Source: Guillardia theta CCMP2712 (taxonomy: Eukaryota > Protista > Cryptophyta). Taken from it: 64,000 bases of DNA. A model generated the notes under the pieces. That model searched no databases. It was not told the origin of the DNA and saw only the letters and a program-made list of their open reading frames with translations. This document shows positions 32,140 through 45,400 of the stretch, piece by piece. Numbering within the stretch: position 1 is the stretch's first letter; the number at the start of each line of letters is the position of its first letter. The translations under genes were made by a program, and so were the position numbers. The stretch covers positions 480,127 through 544,126 of the forward strand of contig NW_005434670.1 of NCBI RefSeq assembly GCF_000315625.1, read 5' to 3'.

Positions 32140-35100
32140 ATGCGCTCGTTGCCTGCATTTCTCCTTACGTTCTCTGTGCTCATTTTTTGTTCGCATGCTC
32201 AAGTTTACCACGATCCTAACGAGCCCATCGCCGATCCTCTGACGGGGAAGATCCTCACCTCGCGACCGACGGCCTTCGGGAAGTACCTGAACAGCAAGTT
32301 CTTGAATGTTGCTGCGAAGCACAACGGAGGGACGGCGAAGGCAGCGTACAACCAGGATTTCTACCCCATCGACAGGGCGATCGATGGCGTGACCACGGGG
32401 CATGAGGGATGGGCATGGCACGGGAGGATCGACAAGGCACTTGCCATGTTCGAGTTCAAGCAGGACTATCGGGTCTCCAGGATCCGCTTGCTGTCTGGGG
32501 TTGGGAGGTTCAACGATCACCACGTGACCTCCTTCCAGGTCTGGTACACCAACGCGACAGGCTACATGCTCCCTCCTGCTGTCCACTGGTTCCCGCACTA
32601 CCACTGGCAGCCGATAGTTGACATGCAGCCAACCACCCTGGACACCGTAGTTGTGGGGAATCGCGTCTACACCAACGGGGAGGAGGAGGTAGTGATCAGG
32701 TTCAGCCCCGTTCGAGCTCGAGCCTTCCTCCTCAAGGTCGACGCGGCTGACTCGGACGCAAACAATGCGGTGGTGACAGAGTTCGAAGTCTTCACGGCAG
32801 ATGCGGACGAGCCGAACGCGCCGATCCCTCTCGGGATCCCTGAGTATGTCGACCACAGCTGGGTCGCTCCTCCCCCAAAGGGCATATCGTGGAAGAGCGT
32901 CGAGATCGCCGGGGCCCTTCCGGGTGCTCCGACGACTCTGTTGCTTCCTGCACCCGACACCGAGCGAGGAGGACTTGACGTCGTGCCTTACAGGCTGTGG
33001 AACGAGAGGATCTCGACGGCGGGGAACAAGTCGAGGGTTCAGTTTGCCTTGACGTACTTGCAAGCCTGCAAGGACCTCGGGTTCGATGCAGCGGGGGAGA
33101 TGCGAAGGCTGTCCAACGGGCGATGGTTCACCCCCCTGCATGCTAAGGTTCCCTACCAGCAGTTCCACCTGAAGCCCTCCAAGGCCGCGAGCTACTGCGA
33201 GAAGCTCTGCGATCAGACGCCAATAGCCGTTGAAGGGCAGGGGGTCCACGTGAGCCCCAACTCAACCTGCAAGGCCCTGGAGGGCTCAGAATTTCTCTTC
33301 GTGGGAGACAGCCGCATGCGGCACCACTTCCTCGCCACCATCGCTTACCTGCGTGACGTGAACCTTCGAGGGTATGTGAACCCCTCCCACCCCCACTTCT
33401 ACGGCCAGCAGAACCACGAGCACTGGCACCCCCCCGGTCGAGCTGAGTCCTGCAGCTCCGGCATGCCGCATGGGTTCGAGCTTGAGTGCGCGGGAGTGAC
33501 GGGGGGTCAGGTGGGATTGTGCTGGAGTCATCCTGGCTTGACTCATGGCAGGCGACCCTGTGCGACGGGCGGGTGATCTTGAGGCTGGAGGAGACCGATG
33601 ATCGACAACGAGCGTTGAAGAGGCTGGAGGACTGGATGGAGGTGCGACGAACGTGCGAGGCAGCAGGCACCTGCCCCTCCAAGTACTTGTTCGTCATCAT
33701 GAGCATCGCAATCCCGGGGGTGAGTCGGCTTGTGCCTTGCTGAAGCATCCTCTGCCTCGTCCTGTTCCTTGCTGTTATTGTCCTTCCGTGCCTTGTTGTC
33801 ACCACCACATCCACTCCGCTCACTCAGTCACTCCCTCCCTCTCCTCCCCGGCTCTCCTTCTCCCTCACCCTCCTTCCTCATGTTCTTTCCTTCACCGTTC
33901 GGCCTCAATCGCCTAACAATAGCGGCAGATCCGCAAATTTTCCTCTGCCGAGCCGATCCGCCCCCTCATTCCCCTCCTAGATGTCCCGCAGTACCTCCAA
34001 GAGTCGGTAGGGATCGTCGATCGGGCCTGGCAGGCAGCGAGCGAGAGGAGCGGCTGGTTCTACACAGGAGGAGGAAGGGCAGCGTCTGCAAAGATCTCCC
34101 TGATCTGGTCTCTCATCGAGCCCTTCGCCTTCTCCCAACCCTTGCATGCCGCTCACAACAGGAACATCACGCAGGTCAGCGAGGATGCGAGCAGCTGCCC
34201 CCTCTTTCCTTCTCACCCTCTTTCCCTCCAGCTGAACGCAGAGACGAGGCAACAGCTCGACGTGTCGGGGATACCGGTCATCGATGGGTTTCGTATCGCA
34301 ATCGACCGTACAGACTGCCATCCTGACAATCTGGTGAACCCCCCGCCTCTTCTGCCTCGTCCTCCTCTTGCTGCCGGCTTTCCCTCTTCCTCCGACCCCT
34401 GTCCTCCATGTTACAGGAACCTGATTCTCCTCTCTCCCCACAGCACTGGTGTTCAGTGGTGCAGAACGCTAAAGTCGGGATACTCTTAACATTTGCCAGA
34501 CAAATGGTAGAAAAGATCAACGAAGAAGAGCTTCTTGTTCGAACCAGGTGCGCTGTTATCTTTTCTCTTGGGAACCAGCCGACCCCCCCCCCCCCCCCCC
34601 CTCATCCTCCTCCTACTCATCCTCCTCCTCCTCTTGTGCATTCACCTCCTCACCCTCTCGTCCTTGCCTTCCTCTGTCATCCTCCCCTGCTGTCTCAGTC
34701 TTGCGCCCACTCTCTGTGCAGGGAGGAGATGGAGCAGCAGTCTGCGCGCGCACAGCAAGTAGCTCAGGTGAGGCGCTGCTAGCGGCTGCGATTGCGTGAC
34801 GAGGACATCAGGAAATCCTGAGAGTGGAAGCTGTGGAGGAGCAGCGGGCGCAGGACGCTGAGAAGAAGAGGAAGAAGGTGGGTCTTTCCTTGTACACTCC
34901 CGCAGTGAAGTCACCCTGCCAGGCTGCTGAGGAGGCTCGGGCGAGGAAGAAGGCCGAAGAAGAGGCGAGACGGTCGGGCGGGACCATGTTGAGGAGACTG
35001 ACGGTGCAGGCGAGCAGGAGGAGAGGAGGAGGAAGAAGGAGAAGGTCGCAGAGAAGTTTGCCAAGTTCCAGAAGAAAGCAGCCAAGAGGACGAGCAAGTC

Positions 35101-35372
35101 ACAGGCTGAGACTCCCGAGGAGGAGCAGTGCAGGTCCGATGTCGTCTCTGCCTCCTGTACTACCTAACAGAAGTTCCCATAGTGCCCAGAGCCCAGGGGA
35201 GTGCAAGGGAGGAGGAGACACAGGCAAGTCCTCAATTTTCAGGGCAGTCAGGAGCACTGACGAGCCCTCAGCAGGCACATGCAGCAACGGGAGCTGCCGT
35301 CCCACTTTCGAGGTCAGCGGGAGCGAATCGTTCAAGGGGAGAGACTCGCTCCCTCCCGAGGCTGTCGTTTGA
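32140..35372 (+). CDS. Secreted protein: discoidin/F5-8C-like galactose-binding domain + SGNH/PC-esterase (TBL-like) domain + charged coiled-coil tail
   Basis: Signal MRSLPAFLLTFSVLIFCSHA. RAIDG...W ... V.RIRL ... VRARAFLLKV...VVTEFEVF (discoidin-like). FLFVGDSRMR (GDS motif) and DCHPDNL|HWC (DxxHWC-like). 3-prime end uncertain. Confidence 0.75.
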
Positions 35373-35521
35373 GGCTCGGCAGACAACCAGCAATCTCGCG
35401 CATTCACGTCTTGGTTTCAGAATGTTCTTGTTGCTTGCAGCTTATCAACAGAATCTTACAAGCTCAAAATCACAGCAGATTGTAAGGATCAACTACATCC
35501 AGTCTTATCCTGCTTAACGGC

Positions 35522-36157
35522 TCAGAATCCTTTGGACGCCAACCATTCCCGCATCTCTCTTGTCCGCTTGCCCTTGGCACGTGTACGTCAGATCACGCGG
35601 TAGTCGGAGCATCTCACCTTCACTTCCACTCGCCCAACCCTCACCGCCACATCGTTCACGCTGTTCACAGAAGGTGAGACGACGGGCCGTCGAGGATAAG
35701 CCAGGAAGGTCCCTACCTGACATCAAACTCCCTCAAGATGCTCTCCCGAAGCTTCTCCGGGTCTCCAAGGATCTGCGACAGCAGCAGGTGTCAACACGCA
35801 CTAGCAGCAAGCACTTCCACTACTTTTCGGATGATTGTCAGCTTGCGAGAGTTGTAGTTTCCTGCAACAAGCGTCAGCTCCCCCTCCCGGTCTGTCCCCC
35901 GCAGCAGCTCACTTATGTCAAAGTAGACAGGAAGGTTGCCGTTGGCTGAGCGCACAACCCCCCTGATCACAACTTAAGAGGCGGGGTGAGAACCGGTGGT
36001 CAGCTCACCATCCCAATTTGCTCTCCACTTGGACGTCGTTCTCGTAGAGTTTTGGCGATTTCTGGGCGTGGGGAGGAAGGGTTGAAGCTGCGGATGAAGA
36101 GAGGAATCTTGAGACGTTCTGTTGCAGGCTCACGCCTATGAGTCTACTCCTCAACAT
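35522..36157 (-). CDS. MRPL49: Mitochondrial ribosomal protein mL49 (Img2)
   Basis: Six exons splice to MLRSRLIGVSLQQNVSRFLSSS...WGVVRSANGNLPVYFDIRNYNSRKLTIIRKILGDPEKLR...VGRVEVKGKRTREMREWLASKGF*. RS..GNLPVY, TIIRKI.GD and WL...GF are Img2 signatures; N-terminus resembles a mitochondrial presequence. Confidence 0.9.
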
Positions 36158-36515
36158 CCCTGAGCAGCCAACAAAACAAAATCAGCAACGAGTTTCGCCG
36201 CGTCACTAGTGTCAGCAAGTAAGCGTGAGTTTGTTGAGCGTGAATGTGGTGGTGAATCAGGACATATCATGTTGAGAGGTTTCATGACTGATGAAGGGGA
36301 GTCTTGAGTGCTCGTCAAGGGTTTGAGCTACGTGCTGCAGCTGTTCACTCTCCTGGAACCCCAAACAGACATCACAGGCATGCAGATCATCGCTACTAAT
36401 TTCTCTGTTCCCTTGCCAATACGTCTCTATTCCCCAACTCCTATCTGATGTTCCTTCATCCAGCTTCCTTCTTCTCAGCCTCCTTGTTCTTCCTCTCCAT
36501 CCTCCTTCAAACTCT

Positions 36516-36551
<36 letters not shown>

Positions 36552-36781
36552 TCTCCTGCTCCTTCTCGTCCTCTCCCTTCCACTGTCAGCTGCATTTCCG
36601 CGTGCCCACCGTTACAATTCCAAACATCGTAACGGTCTTTAGGCGCAACCGGGCAAGGCCGGGCCTGTCGATAGCAACGTTACTGATCAGTTACAATGGC
36701 GGTTTCCCTTGTAACGATCTGACAGCGCGAGAGGATGCCGGAGGAAAAAAGATGGAACGCAACGAGGAGGAAGTTGAATAG

Positions 36782-36829
<48 letters not shown>

Positions 36830-36849
36830 GGAGGAGGAGGAGGAGGAGG
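36782..36849. repeat. (GAT)n(GAG)n microsatellite
   Basis: Direct reading. Confidence 0.95.
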
Positions 36850-37587
36850 ATAAGGAAGCAGGGAAGCAGAGAAGGGAAATGTAGAGGGAGGGAGGGAGGG
36901 AGCCATGACGTAGGGCAGGAAGGGGTTGTGGGAGGAGTGGCGGGGGGAGGAGTCGAAAGAGAGTTGGAAATAGAAGATTGGGGAAGGATCAGGAGGTGAA
37001 AGAGAGGGAGTTAAATCTTGATATGTTTCAGTGATGTTATAGAGAGGAAGATGCAGGAGCTGGAATGAAATAGTTCAATGTTTGCAATGGAGGGAAGGCC
37101 GGTACTTTGCCCCCCCTTGCACCACAAGGAGCGAGTGAGACAATGAGCTGAATGAAATGAAAGGGTGATGGAAGACATTTGGAGAAGGATGGAACCAGGG
37201 GAAGGAGAGAAGAGAATCTCACCAACGTGGATGGGTCAGTGCTAGGCGATTTCGTCATGAACAAGGGCATTCGTTTTGGGTTGACTTGCGTGGTGACACA
37301 GGGAGTACGGGGTGCCAAGATTGTAACCGGTGTAGCTACCACTCTGAAGCGGAGTTTGCCCGTAGCTGCATCAACGAGCCTTCTCCTCTTCACAGGTGAG
37401 CATCATAAGGGAGGGTTGCAGAAGCAGGGGGGGGGGCTGAATTGCTGGGAGGGGGGTGCAAGATTTCTTACTTGTTGCACCAGTCCAACTTTGCTGCGCT
37501 ATCAGCTCCCTTGCTCTTGAACAGGTAGGCCTGATGAAACATGTTGACATGCAATGATGTGAGCGCAAGGAATCGAACAACTGTACG

Positions 37588-39174
37588 ATGGCTTCACAAG
37601 AGTGGAATTACCTGGAGCTGGGAAATATCCGCTCGACTTTGATCAGACAGGTGCGTTGACGGGGGCGAGTGCCCGGCTGCTAGGAGGCAGTGCACAGAGC
37701 TCTTGACGTGTGACGTGTGCCGTGTGCTACAGGAAGACACGATCCTCTTTCAGCTGATCGAGAGAGCTCAATTCAAGCGGAATCTCGCCATCTACCAGGA
37801 CGATGCCGAATTCCTCAAGGTCCACGAGTTGTGAGATGTGAGATCGACGCCCCAGCTCACCTCGTCGTCTTGCAGGGCACGGGCATCAGTGGGAGTTATG
37901 TGAGGAACCTGCTGCAAGAAACTGAGAATATCCATGCAAAAGCTAGGAGGTCTATACCGTCTCGTCTCCTCCGGCTCAACTCACTGACCCCCCGTCCAGA
38001 TACACTTCTCCCGATGAGAAGCCCTTCACTTCTCGCAGTCAGGCAAGCGCTTGGCTGACTGTGAATTTCCCATCGTAACGATCTATGTTGATTCAGCTCC
38101 CTGATCCTGTTTTGCCTCCTTTGGTTGTGCCCGAGGAGATGAAGTACCTAAAGGTGCTTGTGTAAGCAGCTGTCCCGGTCTTACTCAAACGATTTTGCTC
38201 GTCATAACAGTCGATCGATGTAAATTTGAACAGCAAGATCTACGAGTTGTACATATCGACAATCCTGCCGTGGGTAACGAAGGTAGGATATCCTTACTAA
38301 TAGTTTTTGTACACTGTTCTTCTATCCTTTCCGCCTCATTCTTGATCATTGTTTCCCTCCCTCACTCTGTTTCCTCAACGCTCTTCCAGATCTCCCTTTC
38401 GGTGGCTGCGATTGTGCCTGTACTGACATCTCTTGCAGGAAGGCGACGATGGTCAATATGGCTCTTCGTCCGTGTGCGACATCCAAGCGCTCCAGGTGAA
38501 CTTCCTCGTCAGTCTCCGCAAGACGATCCTGACAGGTTTGCTGTTCAGGCTTTGTCGAAGAGGATTCATTACGGCACCTTCGTGGCTGAATCGAAGGTCA
38601 GAGCACAGGTCAGGAACACCATGGTGAACTCCAACAATCCTTTGCAGTTCCGAAGCCAACCCGAGGAATACACGAAACTCATCAAAGCTGGAGACCGGCA
38701 GGTCTGAGGAGTAAGACTGAAAGCAAGCCCTCTCATGATCATGCAGGGTATCATGGATCTGTTGACGAACAAAGAGGTGGAGGAGAAGGTGAAGGAGGAG
38801 GCGGAGCCGAACCTGTGATCGGACCACAGGACTAGCTCCTTATCACCTCGCAGGTTATCAAGAGGGTGCAGAACAAGGCCACTGCGTATGGCCAGGAAAT
38901 AACGGACGAGACTTCATATGTACACGGGCCAGCGATCCCCGAGGACAGGCTGAAGCTTTTCAAGGTTGTTTGCTCCTCCCCCTTGGGCCTGGACAGCCGC
39001 AAGGGAAGCCAAGAGGTGACCAGCTGCTGCAGGTAAACCCAGAGACTATGGGAAAGATCTACCGGGAGATCATCATTCCCCTCACTAAGGTGGTTCCGTC
39101 TAGTGGTGGATGATGTTTCTCCATTCACTGGCGCGCAGGAGGTCGAGGTCGACTACCTTCTTCAAAGGGCATGA
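37588..39174 (+). CDS. ARO7: Chorismate mutase, eukaryotic AroQ-beta type
   Basis: LELGNIRSTLIRQ|EDTILFQLIERAQF, RYTSPDEKPF, GDDGQYGSSSVCDIQALQ|ALSKRIHYGTFVAESK|F, IIPLTK|EVEVDYLLQRA*. Confidence 0.95.
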
Positions 39175-39597
39175 GGCGCGAGGAGACGGAACTTCGGAAC
39201 CTCATCGTCGAGCTGCGTTTTCTCGACTTGATCCTCGAAATTTTGCTGCCAATTTGATTTAAATAGAAGAAGAGCCTCACGAGCTTGGCACCCCTGAACC
39301 GTTGAACCCGGCGTGAACTCGGATGCAAACTTTCCGGGTTCAAGTCCAACTGACTGAGTACTGGTCGGGCCGTCACGGTCGGGCGCCGCCCGGGGCCCCC
39401 AGTGACTCTGTGAGGCCGGGGAGCCTCGGAGCGAGTCACAGGGCCGGGCCCGGCGCCGGGCCGGGCCGCGCATCATCGAGTGAGGCCCGGAGTCCGATAT
39501 ACAAGTGAAGTTCTTGGAGGTTTTGGACGTCAACGTTTTAAGTGGATGTCAAAGTTTTAAAGTTCAAAAGTTTCGCCTTGTGGGTCTGCGTGCAACC

Positions 39598-40842
39598 ATG
39601 ACGAGCTTGAGGGCAATGAACATCAACGATCTCTTCAGCGTCGCCAACGTGAACCTTGATCACCTCACAGAGACTGTATGCTCCTGCTCCTGCTCCTGCT
39701 CCTGCTTGTCTTTGCCGTTGCCCTGCTCTGCCTCCTCCTCCTCGCTTCCTCCTCCTAGTCATCTTCATTCTCGTCATCTTCTCATCATCCTCACTCTGGG
39801 CCTTCCTGCTCCTTCTTCAGCTCCTCCTTCTCCTGATCCTTCTGCTGCTTTTTGCTCTTGATCTTGCTCCTCCTTTTGACTTACTACCGATCTTCATCCA
39901 CCCCGGTCCGTGTTCAGTCCTTGGATGTTTGACTTGTTGATTTTTAACTCCTCACTCCCTCACTCCCTCACTCCCTCCTCCCTCCCTCCCTCCCTCTCTC
40001 CCTCTCCTCATCTAGAGCTCCTCATTTCGAGCTGAGCGCTGACTTGAGACGTGCAGTACAACCTTCCTTTCTACATGCAGTACCTCGTCAAGTGGCCTGA
40101 GTACTTCCAGGTTGCCGAGAATCCTTCGGGCCGGTGACAAACTGCTTTGCAAGCTCGATCGAGTCAGCGCATTGAGACTAGTTCAGGTTTATGGGATACA
40201 TCATGGGAAAGGCGGAGGGCCTCGGCGAGAACTGGCACGGACACGTTACAGCCCTCACAGTAGCTCCTGAGTTCCGAAGAATCGGATTAGGTCAGTCCGA
40301 ACCCCATCCTCCTCGTCACCCCGACGCCTCCAGCATGTCCCTTCCTCGAGAAAGCATGATTCTACTTTGCAGCCCATCACCTCATGAATGAGTTGGAGGA
40401 AATCTCCGAGAAGAAGCACGATGGATACTTTGTGGACTTGTTCGTTCGCGTCAGCAACACCCTGGCCATCAACATGTACCAGAAGTTTGGATACTCGATA
40501 TATCGGTCAGTGCTCTCCCTTCAGCCCTGTCACGATCCTTGCATCATTTCCTTCCCTCAAGCTTTTTTTCATGCAGGACTGTCATCGGATACTACTCGGG
40601 AGAAGAGGATGCGTATGATATGAGAAAGGTAATCCAGCCATCCTCTCCCGACCCTGCCTTCCTCCCGCTCTTCCTGTCAATCTTCTCTCTCTGTCTTCTC
40701 TCTCTGTCTTCTCTCCCCTCCCTTCCCCTGTCTATCATTCTGATCCTCTTTCATCGCCAAGGCATTACCGCGAGACGTCGACAAGAAATCTATCATACCT
40801 CTGAAAGATCCTGTTTACCCGGAAGACCTAGAAAGCCCATGA
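39598..40842 (+). CDS. NAA20: N-alpha-acetyltransferase 20 (NatB catalytic subunit)
   Basis: MTSLR..DLF...NVNLDHLTET|YNLPFYMQYL.KWPEY, MGYIMGKAEG.GENWHGHVTALTVAPEFRRIGL, YFVDLFVRVSN, YYSGEEDAYDMRK|ALPRDVDKKS. Confidence 0.97.
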
Positions 40843-41029
40843 GCCATGGCATGACGGCGGAGAAACGGGCAGGACGATGGCACTTGCTCTTCGGCCTAGC
40901 GCTATCACCGTCTCTGCCAAGGTTGCGAGCAGGAGATAGAGTGATCATGTTGGTAGGACTTACTAGGGGAATCAGGGGGGTTGTCTTAAAGTATTGATTG
41001 CTTCCGTGCAATGTAGAAGAGGCTTGTAT

Positions 41030-41299
41030 TCATTGATCACGCAAATGTTTTGATAGCCCTACCAGCGTCTCCCGCGTCTCCTCTTTAGGATACACGATGT
41101 AGTGGGTGGTTGTCACGACATTGTTCAGGACTTCGGGCCTCTGCGAACGTGTCAGTTCACCATTGCCATCGCCAAATCCCGTAGAGCAAGAGAAATTTCA
41201 TACCCGGAAAACTAGGACAGCGACACCTGGGATGGATAGGCAGAGACAGAACTTGAAGAACTCCAAGCCAAACCGTGCCGCCCTCAGGTGTGCAACCAT
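41030..41299 (-). CDS. PET100: Cytochrome c oxidase assembly factor PET100-like small protein
   Basis: Exon 41299-41204, 63-nt GT-AG intron, exon 41140-41030: MVAHLRAARFGLEFFKFCLCLSIPGVAVLVFR|RPEVLNNVVTTTHYIVYPKEE. LExxKF+TM and YxVYP motifs as in plant-type PET100. Confidence 0.7.
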
Positions 41300-41634
41300 G
41301 TCTGAAGGAGACATCAATGACGGGCGGTGAAAGAAAAGGTTCGCAGTCAATCCAATGTCTAGTCTCATTTCAAGTTTGGAGAAGACAACAGCATCCTGCC
41401 AAAATATCCCTTTCATGTCCCCAATACTCCAACATGGTCGAAAAGTCTCAATTAACACAGGTCTGAATCAAGTGGGAACAGGCAGGCGCATATTGAACAT
41501 GTTCAAAAAACAAACTGACGCGAGACGATCGTATTGTCCCAACATTGCTAGACAAGGAGCATGACAAAGAGATTGAACAGATGAGAAACATAACAGACGA
41601 AACCCAAGATGTGAGATGAAAGATGCAAGTTTCA

Positions 41635-42102
<468 letters not shown>

Positions 42103-42492
42103 CTAGGCCGGGCTGACTCGATGAAGTCCCGGCTCGCGCCACACGGGCCACCCGGGCCGGCCGGCGCCGGGCGGGCCCGGTGGCGCGGGGCCGCTCTGCA
42201 CTCTGTGGTTCAGACTTCCGAAGTTTTCATAATCGCGGCCTCCAAACTGGCATGATGATCCGTGAACCGTTGAACTGGCAGAGAAGAAGAAGAGATTTCC
42301 GAAGTTCAGACACATAATTTACTGATTCGATCGGTGAGGCTGACAGACTGCAAGCCGCCGCGGGCAAAAGGAGCGGCAAAAAACTCAAGGTAGCACTAGG
42401 ATGATTAGTTGACGGCATGACTATCACCATGACGCGCATGGCGATCAGAAGCCACGGAAGCTGCCGAGCAGGGTCACTGGAAAGTTTGACAC

Positions 42493-45400
42493 TCATGTGC
42501 AAGAAGCAGCACCAGGCGTGTGGCTCCTGCCTCGCACGCTCTCCTCCTCCATGTCGTGGACGTCAGTGAGGTCTGCAACCTGCAGGTGCATGCGTCAGGG
42601 CGAGGGGCTCGAGGTTGAGGGAGGAACTACCTCACTCAACTCGGCGCCATCGGATGGATACTGCGGGACAGGAGGGGGGAGGTGTGCAGGGCTGGGGGCC
42701 GCCTGCAGAAAAGTCACACAGAGTCCTCTCAGATCCCGCCAGCAGCGCTCACTTGCTGGCTGGTTGTGCTGATCTGTGAGTACGTCGACAAGAAGGTCGC
42801 CGCCTGGAGCAAGACGTCACAACCCACCACTTCGCCGTCGCTCCTCGCATTACCGTTGCCGTGGTAGCGAAACTCGCAGTGGACGCGGCCGTAGCAGCAG
42901 TTGCAGCTGTCGATGCTTCACGCGCGTCAGTCCAAGAGCTGTGCAGCAACGGAGAGCAACCTGTTGCGGCCGTTGACCGCGATGCCTCGCTCGCGGTCTC
43001 GTCGTCCTCTCCGCTGGCGCTGAAAACGTTCCCTACATCCCCGACATATCCCACGTCACTCGGAGCTCTGCCACCATGCCCTCCAGGGTCGCTGGTCCCA
43101 CTCACGGACCCGGCCGTGTAGTGGACACTGACCACCTGCCGTTGACATGAGAGAGACACCGATCACATCAACCTGTTAAGGTACCGATTGAGTCTCCTCC
43201 ACCAAGCTCTGGGCATCCCCGGGGGTGTTCACTTGCCCACCGTCCCCCTCGTCATCTCCCCACGAGCCGGCACCGAAGGATCCTAATGAGAAGGGCATCA
43301 GAGACACGTGTGATGAGGGACGGTGGATTTCGGTATAAAGAGAATTGGAGGACAAGAGGGTGTCTACTCACTCTCTGATCCTTGTCGGTGCATAGGAGAA
43401 ACTGCTTCTGGACTAGGAGCACCCAGTGAGCCAGTCTCTGCCTCGGAGACATCGTCCTTTGGGACTGTTGACTTTCCTTTGCTCTCTGACCTCCTCCCAT
43501 CATTCCGCCATGATCCTTGGACTTCTTCAACATCGTGGTTTCCGTTGCCTGGAACACCTTCCCCTGGGTCTGGGTCTCCTCCACGGAGGAGGAGATAGCC
43601 CTGCTCTCCATCGTTGACTTTTCTTCGCTTGTTGCCACCCCTTCCTTGGGAGCTACTCGAGTCGGCCGCCTTGTCACTCTTGGCATTTTCCTTGGGTTCA
43701 TTTGATTCAGACTGATGAGCATCACCTTTGAGAATTGATTTCAGCTTCTCCTCATTAACATGAGAGCTCGATCCAGCTCTCGTCTTGGCAGTGCTCCCCT
43801 CATTCCTTCCTCTCTCCTTTCCCCCAGAGTCCACGGATGTTGCGCCGGGCCCGTCCTGCTTATCTGAGTCCGATGCTCTCTTGCCTTGAGACCTGCCCTT
43901 GTCTCCACCTTTTGATTCTCTCGAGTTTCCATCTTGCTTGTGCTTTTTTGAAGATTTGGTTTCGACAACAGCAGCGTTGTCATTTTCAATGTGATTACGT
44001 TTCCCAGATTTATCTTCCTCCTCCTCATAGCTTTCATCCATAGCATCGGTCAACTGCTCGTGATCACAAAACATATCGTCATCGTCGTCATCGTCTTTGA
44101 CATGCTGTTGCTTGCGAGAAAGAGTGGATGTCCTCCCCTCGTGATACCTCTTGATCAAATTTCCTGAGACCAAAATAGATTCGAAACGATGCTTCCCCAA
44201 GTGCAATGACACTGCACCAACGGTTTTGAACAGGAATTCTGCTATCTCGAGATAGTATCTTTCACTGACAGGCATCCAAAGATTCCAGTCAAATTCGTTG
44301 CCACTGACTCCAACGTAGGATGTGCGGAGAAAGCGACTGTTGCCCAGAACCTTGACTCCATCTATCTTCATTTTCTCGATATCACTGCCCTTATTACTAT
44401 GCTTTGCAGCATCCTTGCCTGCTTGTGTACCCCATTTAAAGACGATTCCAGGCACATCGGCCATGTAAGGATGTAAAATTTCTCCCTTGGGAAAAATTCT
44501 ATTTAGAAAGTCGCAAAGCAGGGCACGGAATTCTGTACATTGTGGTACCCCCGACAGCCATCGTAGGTGCGACCGGGGTGGTAAAATTATCTTGGTGTTG
44601 TGAATCAAGCGAGAGTTGGCTTGCAGTCCAACATAATGACTGTTGAGCTCCAGAACCTTGGCTAAATTCACACCATAGCGTTTTGCAATGTCCCTGACTC
44701 GCTCTCCATCAGTTGCAGTGTATATTCCACCCGGAGGAAGCTCGATCGACTTGGGATTCTTCTCCTCCTCCTCCCCAAGATGCACCAAATACTCCAATCT
44801 TGCGAGTGACCCATCAGTCTTGATGCCGAGTATACCCTTCACTTTCATCCATGACAAGACATCGTCGTCACCAAAATCCTTCATTTCCTTCAGAGTCAGC
44901 TCCTCAGCAAGGTGTGCTGCTTCAAGCTGCGAACCAGCTTTGACCTTCGATCGCTCTTCCTCACTCAATCGAGCGTGCTCTGTGTTCCAAGGAACCTTGA
45001 TTTCTTCTCCGCTCTGAAGTTTTACAGAGAGCAACAGTTCATTGTCATTCCCTGCCCCATCGGTGATGGAGATCACTTCACCTGGGACCCACTTCCTTTT
45101 CGTGTTGCCATGCTTGTTCCTGACTTCAACCATCTCGCCTTTTCTGCCTGACGGTATTTCTCTTTGAAGCCTGATATACTGAGACGCACAAGGAACATGT
45201 TCTTCTGTAACTTTGATATCTTGTGACTCGTCCATAGAAAGCACGTAAATCCCATTTTCGAACTTTTTGACCTTCGCTCGAAACCAAGAGCTATCGAGCT
45301 CTACTTCAACAGGAGTATTCGCACGAAGCGGGTTGATTGCGGAGACCTTGCAACTCACAACATCTTCATGTAGTTCCATCCTCACTTTCACTTGAGAAAA

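Noticed and set aside
32050-33249. 399-aa minus-strand ORF
   Set aside because: Antisense shadow of the GC3-rich discoidin/SGNH exon; no motifs.
36691-36999. Poly-His and poly-Met ORFs
   Set aside because: GAT/GAG microsatellite in a divergent intergenic region; no other coding support.
37400-37590. Plastid-targeting presequence on chorismate mutase
   Set aside because: No in-frame signal peptide found upstream of ATG 37588; an unseen upstream exon cannot be excluded.
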